From an uncultured Prevotella sp. (lineage in GTDB: Bacteria > Bacteroidota > Bacteroidia > Bacteroidales > Bacteroidaceae): a stretch of DNA of 64,000 bases. Numbering within the stretch: position 1 is the stretch's first letter; each line of letters opens with the position of its first letter. Below the pieces are notes generated by a model. The model was not told the DNA's origin and searched no databases. It saw nothing but the letters and a program-made list of their open reading frames with translations. The stretch is taken from assembly GCA_905236875.1 (NCBI GenBank), contig CAJOQT010000020.1, positions 8,981 through 72,980 on the forward strand, written 5' to 3'. This document shows, piece by piece, positions 1 through 10,315 of the stretch. Both the position numbers and the translations under genes were made by a program.

Positions 1-1
1 T

Positions 2-946
2 AACGTGAAAGAGGGTCAGACCGTGGGCGCTGGTCAGCTGTTATTTGTGATTGACAATGAGACCTATCAGGCTCAGGTACGTCAAGCTCAAGCCAGTGTC
101 AATACGGCCACAGCCCAGTTGAACACGTTGAAGCTGACTTATGAGAATTCTCAGAAACTCCATGAGAATCATGTTATCGGTGACTTTGAGTTGCAGTCGG
201 CCAAGAACTCTTACGAAAGTGCACAGGCCGGTCTGGCACTGGCTCAGGCAGCCTTGGCATCAGCACGGGAAGCGTTGAGCTTCTGCTATGTGAAGAGTCC
301 TGCCGCTGGTGTGATTGGCACGTTGCCTTTTAAGCGTGGTGCGTTGGTTAGTTCCTCAAGTGCCTTGACAACGGTATCGAATATCAGTCAGATGGAGGTG
401 TATTTCTCTGTTACGGAAAAGGATGCTATGATTATCTCGCAGAATGGACTGGAAAGCCTTCCTGCGGTGAAGTTACAGCTGGCTGACGGTACCATCTACA
501 ACCATGAAGGCAAGGTGACGAAGATGAGTGGTGTCATTGACGCTGCCACTGGCTCTGTCCAGCTGATAGCCTTGTTCCCCAACCCGGAGAAACTGTTGAA
601 GAGCGGTGGTTCTGGCAATATCGTCATTCCTCATGTCAACTCCAGCGCAATCATTATCCCGCAGTCATGTGTGTCGGAAATCCAGAACAAGAAGTTCGTC
701 TATGTGCTTGGCAGCGATAATAAGGTGAAATATACCGAGATTGAGGTGGATCCGCAGAACGACGGTAACAACTACATTGTAACATCCGGCTTGAAACCAG
801 GTGACAAGTATGTGACTAACGGTATTACCAAGCTCTCTGACGGTATGGAGATTGTTCCCATCACCCCCGAGCGTTATCAGCAGAAGATTGAGGAACAGGC
901 AAAGGCAATGTCCGCCGGTGACATTGTTAATGCAATGAAGAAATAA
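2..946 (+). CDS. RND efflux periplasmic adaptor (MFP) subunit, 5'-truncated by window edge
   Basis: Frame open from base 2; lipoyl half-motifs (VKEGQTV..GQLLFVID, VKSPAAGVIG), coiled coil and GLKPGD..VTNG C-terminus; directly upstream of RND permease. Confidence 0.93.
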   Translation, partial: NVKEGQTVGAGQLLFVIDNETYQAQVRQAQASVNTATAQLNTLKLTYENSQKLHENHVIGDFELQSAKNSYESAQAGLALAQAALASAREALSFCYVKSPAAGVIGTLPFKRGALVSSSSALTTVSNISQMEVYFSVTEKDAMIISQNGLESLPAVKLQLADGTIYNHEGKVTKMSGVIDAATGSVQLIALFPNPEKLLKSGGSGNIVIPHVNSSAIIIPQSCVSEIQNKKFVYVLGSDNKVKYTEIEVDPQNDGNNYIVTSGLKPGDKYVTNGITKLSDGMEIVPITPERYQQKIEEQAKAMSAGDIVNAMKK

Positions 947-962
947 ACTCCCGAAAAGTACT

Positions 963-3900
963 ATGACATTTACAACATTTATCAAACGCCCGGTACTCTC
1001 AACGGTGATCTCTATCGCTATTGTGCTGCTGGGTATTATAGGACTGACCACGCTGCCTATTGAGCAGTATCCGGACATCGCGCCGCCAACGGTCGTGGTC
1101 TATACCAGCTATCCCGGTGCTGATGCAGAGACGGTGAAGAATTCCGTCCTCGTTCCGTTGGAGGAGAGTATCAACGGTGTAGAGGGCATGGATTACATCA
1201 GCTCGACGGCCTCTTCCGGCTCAGCCAATCTGAGTATCTTATTCCGTCAGGGACTGAATGCTGACATGTGTGCCGTGAACGTGCAGAACCGTGTCCAGCA
1301 GGCTCAGGCCTTGCTGCCTGCCGAGGTGACGCGTATCGGTGTGACGGTTATGAAGCGTCAGACATCGCAGGTGCTGATGTTCACACTGACCAGCGACGGC
1401 CGTTATGACGACGAGTTCCTGACCAACTATAGTAATATCAATATTATCCCGGCTATCAAGCGTATCCAGGGTGTCGGTGACGTTCAGTCGCCTGGTATGA
1501 AGACCTACTCCATGCGTATCTGGTTGAAGCCCGATATTATGAAGCAGTACAACCTCATGCCTTCGGACATCAGCAATGTTCTGGCCGAGCAGAACATTGA
1601 GGCAGCACCAGGTAAGTTCGGTGAAGATGCAAACGTGGCCTACGAGTACGCTATGCGCTATACAGGCCGTCTGAAGACTGCTGAGGAGTTTGGCAACATC
1701 ATCATTTCGAGCGATGCCAATGGTCAGACACTGAAACTGAAGGACGTGGCGAAGATAGAGTTGGGTGGTTTGCAGTATTCGGTTTCGATGAGAAATAACA
1801 ACCTGCCTTCAGTGTTGGGTATGGTACAGCAGATTGCCGGCTCCAATGCCAACGAGATTGCCAAGCAGGTAAAGGCTGAACTGGAAGAACAGGCCAAGTT
1901 GTTTCCTCCGGGCATGGAATACAAGATCAACTACGATGTGACGGAGTTCCTGTACGCCTCTATCGAGGAAGTGGTGTTCACGCTGATCTTCACGCTGATT
2001 CTGGTGTTCATTGTCATTTACATCTTCCTGCAGGACTGGCGTTCGACACTTATCCCGCTGATTGCCGTTCCTGTGTCGCTCATCGGTACCTTCTTCTTCC
2101 TGAGCATTTTTGGCTTCTCCATCAACCTGCTGACGCTGTCAGCCCTACTGCTGGCCATTGCCATTGTTGTCGATGATGCCATCGTGGTGGTTGAGGCCGT
2201 TCACGCCAAGCTGGATCAGGGCTACAAGTCACCGCTCACTGCGTCGATAGATGCCATGAATGAGATATCGGGTGCTATCATATCGATTACCCTGGTGATG
2301 GCTTCGGTGTTCATCCCCGTGTCGTTCATCGGTGGCACCACAGGTACGTTCTACCGTGAGTTCGGTGTGACGATGGCTGTCTCTATCTTCATCTCGGCAC
2401 TTAACGCCCTGACGCTGTCACCCGCTCTTTGTGCCATTTTCCTGAAACCGCATGATGAGAACGGTCATGAGCGTAAGATGTCGCGCATCGACCGTTTCCA
2501 TACGTCGTTCAATGTGGCATACGACAAGGTGTTGGGCAAATACAAGAAGAGTATTGAGAAACTGGTGAAGAAGCCCATAGCCATTATCATTACCGCTATT
2601 ATCGGTATCATTGTGCTGGCAACGACCATGTTGACCACGAAGACCGGTCTGGTGCCTGACGAGGATACAGGTACTATGTTCTGTACCGTGTCTATGCCGC
2701 CGGCAACTTCGGTGGCCCGTACCCGTCAGATTATCAATCAGGTGGATTCCATCCTTGCTGCCGATCCTGCCATTCAGAGCCGTGAGCAGATTCAGGGTTA
2801 TAACTTCATCGCAGGTGCCGGCTCTGATCAGGCAACGTTCATTATCAAGCTGAAGCCGTTTGCCGAGCGTCAAAGGGGACTGTGGTGGAAAATCAGCGGC
2901 TTGTGGGAAGGTGACGGCATCTATCGTTTCCTTATCAATCCGCTGGAGGCACAGATGGTTGCTGCACAGATATTCATTAAGACAGCTCATATCAAGGATG
3001 CACAGATTCTGGCCTTCTCGCCGCCAATGATTCCCGGCTTCTCGGCTAACTCAGGTGTTTCACTTGTCATGCAGGACCGTACCGGTGGTGACTTGACAAG
3101 GTTCTTCGAAATCACCAAGAACTATTTGGCCGAGCTAAACAAACGCCCGGAAATTCAGACGGCACAGACATCGTACAACCCGAACTATCCCCAGTACATG
3201 GTTCATGTTGATGTGGCTAAGTGTAAGCAGGCAGGCATCTCGCCGCAGACGGTGCTCTCGACGTTGCAGGGCTATTATGGTGGACTCTATGCATCGAACT
3301 TCAATGCCTATGGAAAGCTCTACCGTGTGATGATTCAGGCATCGCCCGAGACCCGCATGACTGAAGAGTCGCTGAACAGTGTCTATGTGCGTACACCGAA
3401 GGGAATGTCACCCGTCAAGGAGTTCTGTTCTGTCGATCGTGTCTATGGTCCGACGAATATTACCCGCTTCAACCTGTTTACTTCTATCACTGTGACTGCT
3501 ACAGTGGCTGATGGCTACTCTACGGGTGAGGCTATTAAGGCGGTAGAAGAGGTGGCTCGGGAACAACTGCCTGCCGGCTATACCTATGATTATCAGGGTC
3601 TGACACGTCAGGAGGCACAGTCGAGTAATTCTACTGCACTCATCTTTGTGCTCTGCTTTATCTTCATCTATCTGATTTTGTCGGCACAGTACGAGTCGTA
3701 CATCCTACCGCTGGCCGTAGTGCTTTCCGTGCCGTTTGGACTGGCTGGTGCGTTCCTCTTTACACAGTTGTTTGGCCACAATAACGATATCTACATGCAG
3801 ATTTCGCTGATTATGCTTATTGGACTGTTGGCCAAGAACGCTATTTTGATTGTACAGTTCGCCTTGGAGCGCCGTGAGACGGGTATGGCTATCTCGTGGT

Positions 3901-4223
3901 CTGCCATCCTCGGTGCTGCTGCCCGTCTGCGTCCTATCCTCATGACTTCTCTGGCTATGGTCATTGGTCTGTTGCCGATGATGTTTGCTACGGGTGTCGG
4001 TAAGAATGGTAACCAGACACTTGGTGCCGCAGCTGTAGGTGGTATGCTCATAGGTACATTGTTGCAGATATTTGTCGTACCGACGCTGTTCGTTATCTTC
4101 CAGTCCTTGCAGGAAAAAGTACGTCCAATGAAGTTTGAGGATGATGATAATCTGGAGGATGTCAAAACCGAACTGGCTCAGTATGCTAATTCGAAACCTG
4201 TAGAATATGTGCCGGAACAATAA
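963..4223 (+). CDS. RND efflux permease (HAE1/AcrB family)
   Basis: 1086 aa; FIKRPV start, LPIEQYPDIAPP, AIVVDDAIVVVE, GLLAKNAILIV, RLRPILMTSLA motifs. Confidence 0.97.
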   Translation: MTFTTFIKRPVLSTVISIAIVLLGIIGLTTLPIEQYPDIAPPTVVVYTSYPGADAETVKNSVLVPLEESINGVEGMDYISSTASSGSANLSILFRQGLNADMCAVNVQNRVQQAQALLPAEVTRIGVTVMKRQTSQVLMFTLTSDGRYDDEFLTNYSNINIIPAIKRIQGVGDVQSPGMKTYSMRIWLKPDIMKQYNLMPSDISNVLAEQNIEAAPGKFGEDANVAYEYAMRYTGRLKTAEEFGNIIISSDANGQTLKLKDVAKIELGGLQYSVSMRNNNLPSVLGMVQQIAGSNANEIAKQVKAELEEQAKLFPPGMEYKINYDVTEFLYASIEEVVFTLIFTLILVFIVIYIFLQDWRSTLIPLIAVPVSLIGTFFFLSIFGFSINLLTLSALLLAIAIVVDDAIVVVEAVHAKLDQGYKSPLTASIDAMNEISGAIISITLVMASVFIPVSFIGGTTGTFYREFGVTMAVSIFISALNALTLSPALCAIFLKPHDENGHERKMSRIDRFHTSFNVAYDKVLGKYKKSIEKLVKKPIAIIITAIIGIIVLATTMLTTKTGLVPDEDTGTMFCTVSMPPATSVARTRQIINQVDSILAADPAIQSREQIQGYNFIAGAGSDQATFIIKLKPFAERQRGLWWKISGLWEGDGIYRFLINPLEAQMVAAQIFIKTAHIKDAQILAFSPPMIPGFSANSGVSLVMQDRTGGDLTRFFEITKNYLAELNKRPEIQTAQTSYNPNYPQYMVHVDVAKCKQAGISPQTVLSTLQGYYGGLYASNFNAYGKLYRVMIQASPETRMTEESLNSVYVRTPKGMSPVKEFCSVDRVYGPTNITRFNLFTSITVTATVADGYSTGEAIKAVEEVAREQLPAGYTYDYQGLTRQEAQSSNSTALIFVLCFIFIYLILSAQYESYILPLAVVLSVPFGLAGAFLFTQLFGHNNDIYMQISLIMLIGLLAKNAILIVQFALERRETGMAISWSAILGAAARLRPILMTSLAMVIGLLPMMFATGVGKNGNQTLGAAAVGGMLIGTLLQIFVVPTLFVIFQSLQEKVRPMKFEDDDNLEDVKTELAQYANSKPVEYVPEQ

Positions 4224-4343
4224 TGCACAAAGCTTTATGCAGAATGCACAATTTTAATAACAGATGACTATGATATTAAATAGAATTAAAGAACATGTCA
4301 GTCGCAGCCCATTATGCATGATGCACGGTGCATGGTGCATGGT
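4223..4343. repeat. Inverted pair of ATGCACA-type heptamer arrays around the tolC start
   Basis: atgcaca/atgcaga/atgcaca at 4223-4250; reverse-orientation ttatgca tgatgca cggtgca tggtgca at about 4311-4343. Confidence 0.65.
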
Positions 4344-5706
4344 TTTAGCAACGCTGATTTCCGGCTGCGGATTGTACAATAAATATGAGAGACCCGACGT
4401 GAATGCACAGGGACTGATTCGCGATGTAGAGTCCGATATCGATACGTTGGTCGTACAGGATACCGCTTCGTTTGGCAATCTGCCCTGGCGTCAGGTGTTT
4501 ACCGACCCGCAGTTGCAGATACTGATAGAACAGGGACTGGAGAAGAACGCCAATCTGCAGAATGCCGTATTGACTGTACAAATGTACGAAACTATGCTGA
4601 ACGCTGCAAAACTGGCCTTCTTGCCTGCTGTTACTGTCGGTACGTCTTCAGGTATGGGTTCCATCTCGACCATCCATACTGATCCGTCGGTGACGACCAA
4701 GGCCTATACGCTACCCGTCTCGGCCAGCTGGACACTTGACCTCTTTGGTAATATTCTTTCTCAGAAGCGTTCCACGCAGATGAAACTGTTGGGTATGAAG
4801 GATTACCAGATGGCTGTCCGTGCCCAGGTGATCAGCGGTATCGCCAATTGCTATTATACTCTGCTCATGCTTGACCGTCAGCTGGAGATAATTACCACTA
4901 TGAGTGAATTGTCGAAAGGCACGTGGGACATGATGAAACTTCAGTTTGAACTGGGGCGTATGCGTTCTACCAGTGTGCAGAGTGCCGAGGCTTCTTACTT
5001 AAGCATGCAGACACAGGCCAATGACATCCGTCGTCAGATTCGTGCTACGGAGAATGCTTTGTCGCTACTTATCGGACAGGCCGGACAGCAGATTCCACGT
5101 TCTACGCTGGAGGCACAGCGCTTGCCGGAGGACTTCCGTACTGGTCTGGGTGTCCAACTGTTGCAGAACCGTCCAGACGTACACAATGCAGAGATGAACC
5201 TTGCATCCTGCTTCCATGACGTGCAGACTGCTCGTTCGCAGTTTTATCCTACTATCACGGTAGGTGCACAGGCAGCCTTCACTAATAGTAATGGAGCTTT
5301 CAACCCAGGTAAATGGCTGACCACGCTTTTCGGTAGTCTGACACAGCCCATTTTCATGAGGGGTGCACTGACCGCCAACCTCAAGGTTAGTCAGTTGCAG
5401 TATGAGCAGGCCTTCAACAGTTGGCAGAATGCTATCCTCTCTGCAGGTAATGAGGTCAGCAATGCATTGGTGAACTATAATATGTATGACGCGAACAGTC
5501 AGATAGAGACACAGCGCATTGAGGTGCTTCAGAAGAATGTTGAGGATACCAAGGCTCTCTATGCCAGCAGCGGCTCCACCTATCTGGAGGTGCTGACGGC
5601 CGAGACGCAGCTGTTGAGTGCACAGATTAACAAGGTGAGCGACGACTTCAATAAGATGCAGGCCGTTGTCTCGTTGTATCAGGCATTAGGAGGCGGAGGA
5701 AAGTAA
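4264..5706 (+). CDS. TolC/OprM-family outer-membrane efflux lipoprotein
   Basis: Lipobox LISGC, WRQVFTDPQL, LLQNRPDV, LYQALGGG C-terminus; third gene of RND operon; exact start uncertain. Confidence 0.93.
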   Translation: MTMILNRIKEHVSRSPLCMMHGAWCMVLATLISGCGLYNKYERPDVNAQGLIRDVESDIDTLVVQDTASFGNLPWRQVFTDPQLQILIEQGLEKNANLQNAVLTVQMYETMLNAAKLAFLPAVTVGTSSGMGSISTIHTDPSVTTKAYTLPVSASWTLDLFGNILSQKRSTQMKLLGMKDYQMAVRAQVISGIANCYYTLLMLDRQLEIITTMSELSKGTWDMMKLQFELGRMRSTSVQSAEASYLSMQTQANDIRRQIRATENALSLLIGQAGQQIPRSTLEAQRLPEDFRTGLGVQLLQNRPDVHNAEMNLASCFHDVQTARSQFYPTITVGAQAAFTNSNGAFNPGKWLTTLFGSLTQPIFMRGALTANLKVSQLQYEQAFNSWQNAILSAGNEVSNALVNYNMYDANSQIETQRIEVLQKNVEDTKALYASSGSTYLEVLTAETQLLSAQINKVSDDFNKMQAVVSLYQALGGGGK

Positions 5707-5709
5707 AAG

Positions 5710-5844
5710 GACCCACCCCTAACCCCTCCCTGAACGGAGGGGAAGAAATACTCCAAAAAGTTAATAAAGAAGTATTATGAATAAAGATTTTGATAACAGT
5801 GTATCTGCTCCCCTCCATCACAGGGAGGGGCAGGGGGGAGGGTC
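5710..5844. mobile_element. Putative non-autonomous MITE/REPIN-like element: two inverted palindromic repeats with AT-rich spacer
   Basis: gacccacccctaacccctccctgaacggagggga (5710-5743) and tcccctccatcacagggaggggcaggggggagggtc (5809-5844) are inverted copies; same family as the DUF559 flanks. Confidence 0.7.
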
Positions 5845-6616
5845 TGATATTTCCCCCCGAGCCGAGATCGATCCCAGAGCGAAGATTGGCAATAATTGTA
5901 AGATATTCCCCTTTGTCTATATCGAGGGTGATGTTGTTATAGGCGATAATTGTATCATCTTTCCCTTCGTGAGCATTCTGAACGGCACGCGTATGGGTAG
6001 TAATAACAAGGTGCATCAGGGCAGTGTTATTGCTGCTCTGCCGCAGGACTTCGAGTTCCGGGGCGAGAAGACCGAATGCATAATCGGCAATAATAATATA
6101 ATTCGAGAGAATGTGGTCATCAACCGTGCTACCCATACCGGTGGTCAGACTGTCATTGGTAGTGATAACTTCTTGATGGAGGGTGTTCACATCTCTCATG
6201 ACACGAAAGTGGGCAATCGTTGTGTATTCGGTTATGGAACGAAGATTGCCGGCGACTGTGAAATAGGTAATGGCGCTATCTTCTCTTCCAGTGTTATCGC
6301 CAATCCTAAGACACGAGTCGGAGAAAGAGCTATGGTACAGGCAGGTTGCACCTTTTCAAAGGATGTGCCCCCATATATTGTCTGCACTAAACGTTCTGAA
6401 TATGGTGGCGTGAACTCCACGATGTGCAAGAGCGACGGTGTTGATGACAAGGTTATCAAACACATTGCTAACGCCTACCGTCTGGTATTCCACGGTAATA
6501 CCTCCGTATTTGATGCCGTCAACCAGATTAAGGAACAGGTACCTGACAGTCCTGAAATTAGAAACCTGGTATCATTCATCGAGCAGACAAAACTCGGCAT
6601 TATCAGCAAGCTTTAA
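5777..6616 (+). CDS. lpxA: Acyl-ACP--UDP-N-acetylglucosamine O-acyltransferase (LpxA family, probable paralogue)
   Basis: Hexapeptide repeats, PQD, IRENVVINRAT, HISHD, KDVPPY motifs; N-terminal ~23 aa derived from a repeat. Confidence 0.88.
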   Translation: MNKDFDNSVSAPLHHREGQGGGSDISPRAEIDPRAKIGNNCKIFPFVYIEGDVVIGDNCIIFPFVSILNGTRMGSNNKVHQGSVIAALPQDFEFRGEKTECIIGNNNIIRENVVINRATHTGGQTVIGSDNFLMEGVHISHDTKVGNRCVFGYGTKIAGDCEIGNGAIFSSSVIANPKTRVGERAMVQAGCTFSKDVPPYIVCTKRSEYGGVNSTMCKSDGVDDKVIKHIANAYRLVFHGNTSVFDAVNQIKEQVPDSPEIRNLVSFIEQTKLGIISKL

Positions 6617-6668
6617 TACTCTTGTTGTTTGTCAGGTGTAGTACCTTACGAAAGTGTAGGCTTTCACA

Positions 6669-6720
6669 ATGTAAACAAAAGAAGGGAGCACATTTACGTG
6701 CTCCCTTCTTTTGTTTACAT
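6669..6720. terminator. Bidirectional rho-independent terminator
   Basis: Perfect 23-bp inverted repeat atgtaaacaaaagaagggagcac / gtgctcccttcttttgtttacat with 6-nt loop between convergent lpxA and GH94 genes. Confidence 0.9.
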
Positions 6721-9192
6721 CATTACTTCCACCTTGTGTTTGCCGGTAGAGTAGGGAATGATGTTGCCTGCAATGGGTGAACCGTCGAGCGTTATCTGAC
6801 TGACGCCCTTTTGCCTGCCATTGGGGTTCTTGACGACAATGGTGTATTCTGCATCGCGGAACTTGCGGTTCACAGTGTATTCCGTAGCCGTTGAGGGAAG
6901 GCATGGGTCGATTTGCAGACCGTCATACTGCGGTTTGATGCCCAGAATGTATTGGCTGACAGTAAGCCACATCCATGCTGCAGTACCAGTGAGCCATGAG
7001 TTCTTGCCTTCACCGGGTTTGGCAGCATCCTTGCCGGCTACCATCTGACAGTTGACGTATGGCTCCACCTTATGCAGTGTCTGGTATTTCTCCTCGACAT
7101 ACGAAGGAAGTATCTTCGCATAGTGTGCCCACGCGTCGTCACCGCGTCCGGCCAGTGTTTCGCCAATGATAACCCAGGGGTTGTTGTGGCAGAAGATACC
7201 GGCGTTCTCTTTGTAGCCCTCTGGATAACTGGAAATCTCACCATATTCATATATATACTTCGTGAAGGCGGGATTGTTGAGCACGATGCCGTGTTCGCAT
7301 TCCAGGTATTTCTTTACAGAGTCAAGACTCTTGGCCACCATGCCTTCTTCAGCTCCAATCTCAGCCATTGTGCACCAACCCTGTGATTCGATGAAGATTT
7401 TGGCCTCTTCACACTCCTTGGAACCAATCTTACGGCCGAAGTAGTCATAGGCACGCAGATACCACTCGCCGTCCCAGCCGTGTTTCTTGACAGCCTCAAT
7501 CATCGCATCGACAGCTTTTTGCATGCGGTCGGCCTCCTCGTGCTTTGCGATTTTCTTGCAAAGTGCCACATACTCTTTGCCAGTGACGACGAAGAGACCT
7601 GCAATCATAAGGCTCTCGGCTTTCGATCCTTCGCTCTTGTTCTCTGTGGTCTGGAATGACTCGTTGGGATCCCATGAGAAGCAGTTCAGGTTCAGACAGT
7701 CGTTCCAGTCGGCGCGTCCGATAAGCGGCAGCAAGTGGGGGCCGAGGTTGTTGATGACGTGGTCGAGACTGACCTTTAGGTGTTCAAAGAGTGTCACCTC
7801 TGTGCCTGGCTGATTGTCAAAGGGTACCATCTCATCGAGGATAGCGAAGTCGCCCGTCTCTTTGATGTACGCCACGGTGCCGAAGATCAACCAGCACGGA
7901 TCGTCGTTGAATCCGCCTCCGATGTCGTTGTTGCCACGCTTGGTCAGCGGCTGGTACTGGTGGTAACAGCCACCGTCGGGGAATTGTGTCGAGGCAATGT
8001 CGATGATGCGTTGGCGGGCACGGCTTGGAATCTGGTGTACGAAACCCACGAGGTCCTGATTGCTGTCTCGGAAACCCATACCGCGTCCTATACCACTCTC
8101 GAAGAACGAGGCTGAACGTGAGAAGTTGAATGTAACCATACACTGGTATTGGTTCCAGATGTTCACCATACGGTCGAGCTTGTCGTTGCCTGTACATACA
8201 TTATATATATTAAGAAGCTGGTCCCAGTAGGCGTTCAACTCGGCAAAGGCCTTATCGACCTTCTCTGTTGTGTCGAGTTCAGAGATAAGGGCGTGCGCCT
8301 TTTCCTTGTTGATGACTTGGGGAGCAGTGAATTTCTTGTCCTGTTCGTTCTCCACATAGCCCAGCAGGAAAATAAAGTCCTTTGATTCACCAGGTTGCAG
8401 TGTTACTTCGATATAATGCGATGCAATGGGACTCCAGCCGTGAGCGTGACTGTTACGTGGCTTACCCTCCATAACGGCATCGGGAGCCTCAAAACCGTTG
8501 TATAGACCCACGAATGACTCGCGGTCGGTGTCGAAACCTTGTATCTCGGTATTGACGTGGTAGAAGGCATAGTGGTTGCGGCGTTCACGGTACTCCGTCT
8601 TGTGATAGATGGTAGCCCCCCCTGCTACCCCCGAGGGGGAGGAGAGCTCGATTTCCACCTCACCTGTGGAGAAGTTTCGCTGGAAGTTCTCCATGTCAGT
8701 TGCAGCGTTCCAGAGACACCACTCCTCGAACGAGAAGAGCTTAAGCTTCTTCACTTCTTGTGACTGGTTGGTAAGTGTCAGCTTCTGTACTTCGGCCCAC
8801 TTCTTCAGTGGAACGAAAAAAAGTACCGATGCTTCTACGTCGTTCTTGCGGCTTGTAATACGGGTATAGCCCATACCGTGTCGGCACTCGTAGAAGTCAA
8901 GTGGTGTCTTGCAGGGTTTCCAGCCAGGAGACCAGATGACGGCGGGGACACCTTCATCGACGATGTAAAAATATCTTCCCCCGTTGTCCATCGGAACATT
9001 GTTGTACCGATAGCGGGTAATGCGGCGGAACTTGGCATCCTTATAGAAAGAGTAGCCGCCCGCAGTATTCGAGATGAGTGAGAAGAAATCCTCGTTACCC
9101 AGATAGTTAATCCAGGGCCATGGAGTTTGTGGATTAGTAATGACATATTCGCGATGTTGATCGTCGAAGTGTCCGTAACGTTTATTTTCCAT
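6715..9192 (-). CDS. GH94 glycoside phosphorylase (cellobiose/chitobiose phosphorylase-like)
   Basis: 825 aa; [59 protein letters not shown]. Confidence 0.93.
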   Translation of the reverse strand: MENKRYGHFDDQHREYVITNPQTPWPWINYLGNEDFFSLISNTAGGYSFYKDAKFRRITRYRYNNVPMDNGGRYFYIVDEGVPAVIWSPGWKPCKTPLDFYECRHGMGYTRITSRKNDVEASVLFFVPLKKWAEVQKLTLTNQSQEVKKLKLFSFEEWCLWNAATDMENFQRNFSTGEVEIELSSPSGVAGGATIYHKTEYRERRNHYAFYHVNTEIQGFDTDRESFVGLYNGFEAPDAVMEGKPRNSHAHGWSPIASHYIEVTLQPGESKDFIFLLGYVENEQDKKFTAPQVINKEKAHALISELDTTEKVDKAFAELNAYWDQLLNIYNVCTGNDKLDRMVNIWNQYQCMVTFNFSRSASFFESGIGRGMGFRDSNQDLVGFVHQIPSRARQRIIDIASTQFPDGGCYHQYQPLTKRGNNDIGGGFNDDPCWLIFGTVAYIKETGDFAILDEMVPFDNQPGTEVTLFEHLKVSLDHVINNLGPHLLPLIGRADWNDCLNLNCFSWDPNESFQTTENKSEGSKAESLMIAGLFVVTGKEYVALCKKIAKHEEADRMQKAVDAMIEAVKKHGWDGEWYLRAYDYFGRKIGSKECEEAKIFIESQGWCTMAEIGAEEGMVAKSLDSVKKYLECEHGIVLNNPAFTKYIYEYGEISSYPEGYKENAGIFCHNNPWVIIGETLAGRGDDAWAHYAKILPSYVEEKYQTLHKVEPYVNCQMVAGKDAAKPGEGKNSWLTGTAAWMWLTVSQYILGIKPQYDGLQIDPCLPSTATEYTVNRKFRDAEYTIVVKNPNGRQKGVSQITLDGSPIAGNIIPYSTGKHKVEVMM

Positions 9193-9218
9193 ATTTGTTT
9201 ATAATGATAATAAATTGT

Positions 9219-10277
9219 TTAAATCGTCACCTTGTATAGAGAATAGATGTCACGCTGGTTGGTGACCACTTCCATGATTTCTTCATCTGTCGTCAGGTTG
9301 AAGTCACCAGGAACGGTGTTCTTCAGTGCTGATGCTGCCAGCGAGTAGTTCAGTTGCAGTTGTTTGTCATCAGGGAAGGCCATCGATGCGTGCAGAAGTC
9401 CTGCCATAAACGCATCGCCCACTCCAACGGGATCGACCACATCGGGGATGTTGTGGATGGGTGCCTGTAGCAGCTCTCCGTCTGTCCAAAGCAGTGCCGT
9501 CAGTGTGTGGTGTTTAGATGATACCATGTTACGCATACCCATCAGCCAGTTGCGGCAGCGCGGATAACGCTTGTGTATCTGGTCAAACCACTCGCGGTAC
9601 TCGTCCATCTGCATCTCGAAGTTGGAGTCAATAGCCGTGAAAGGTGGTTGCGGACGCTGGCAGAGCCATTCAAATTCAATGGCATCGCCGAACATCATGT
9701 CACAGCGTTCCAGCATTCGGCTGATGGTCTCGCGTGGGTCAGCACCGTATTTCCAAAGGTTTTTGCGGTAGTTGATGTCGAAAGATACCTGTACGCCCAG
9801 CTCGTCGGCAACGTCAAGTGCCTCGAAGGTTGCATCTGCCGCGTTCTGGGAGATGGCTGCCGTGATGCCTGAAACATGCAGTACACGGGCATCACGAAGG
9901 ATTTCGTGCCAGGGTATCATCCCTGGTTCCAATTCACTGTAGGCCGACCCGTCACGGTCGTAGATGACCTTGGCGGCACGCATGCCGGCAGACGGTTCAA
10001 AGTAATAAGTGCCTATGCGACGGCCTCCATATAGTACGCGTCGGCAATTTACGCCAAGTTCCTGCAGACGCATGGCTCCTGCACGTCCCACTGGTGTCTC
10101 TGGCAGACGGGTAATATATTCCACCTCATCGCCCAGCGAGGCGAGGCTGACAGCTACGTTAGCCTCACTGCCGCCGTATTTACTGGTAAATATGTCTCCT
10201 TGCGTCAGACGCTGGTGTTCTGGTTTTGAAAATCGGAGCAACAATTCTCCGAAGGTCACGATACGTTTGTTCGTCAT
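9219..10277 (-). CDS. PfkB-family sugar kinase (2-keto-3-deoxygluconate kinase-like)
   Basis: IVTFGELLLR, GGSEANVAVSLA, FDINYRKNLW, VDPVGVGDAFMAGL, LKNTVPGD. Confidence 0.9.
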   Translation of the reverse strand: MTNKRIVTFGELLLRFSKPEHQRLTQGDIFTSKYGGSEANVAVSLASLGDEVEYITRLPETPVGRAGAMRLQELGVNCRRVLYGGRRIGTYYFEPSAGMRAAKVIYDRDGSAYSELEPGMIPWHEILRDARVLHVSGITAAISQNAADATFEALDVADELGVQVSFDINYRKNLWKYGADPRETISRMLERCDMMFGDAIEFEWLCQRPQPPFTAIDSNFEMQMDEYREWFDQIHKRYPRCRNWLMGMRNMVSSKHHTLTALLWTDGELLQAPIHNIPDVVDPVGVGDAFMAGLLHASMAFPDDKQLQLNYSLAASALKNTVPGDFNLTTDEEIMEVVTNQRDIYSLYKVTI

Positions 10278-10315
10278 TGTGTTGTATAATTATATTCTTC
10301 GTTGTTTTGTCATTT

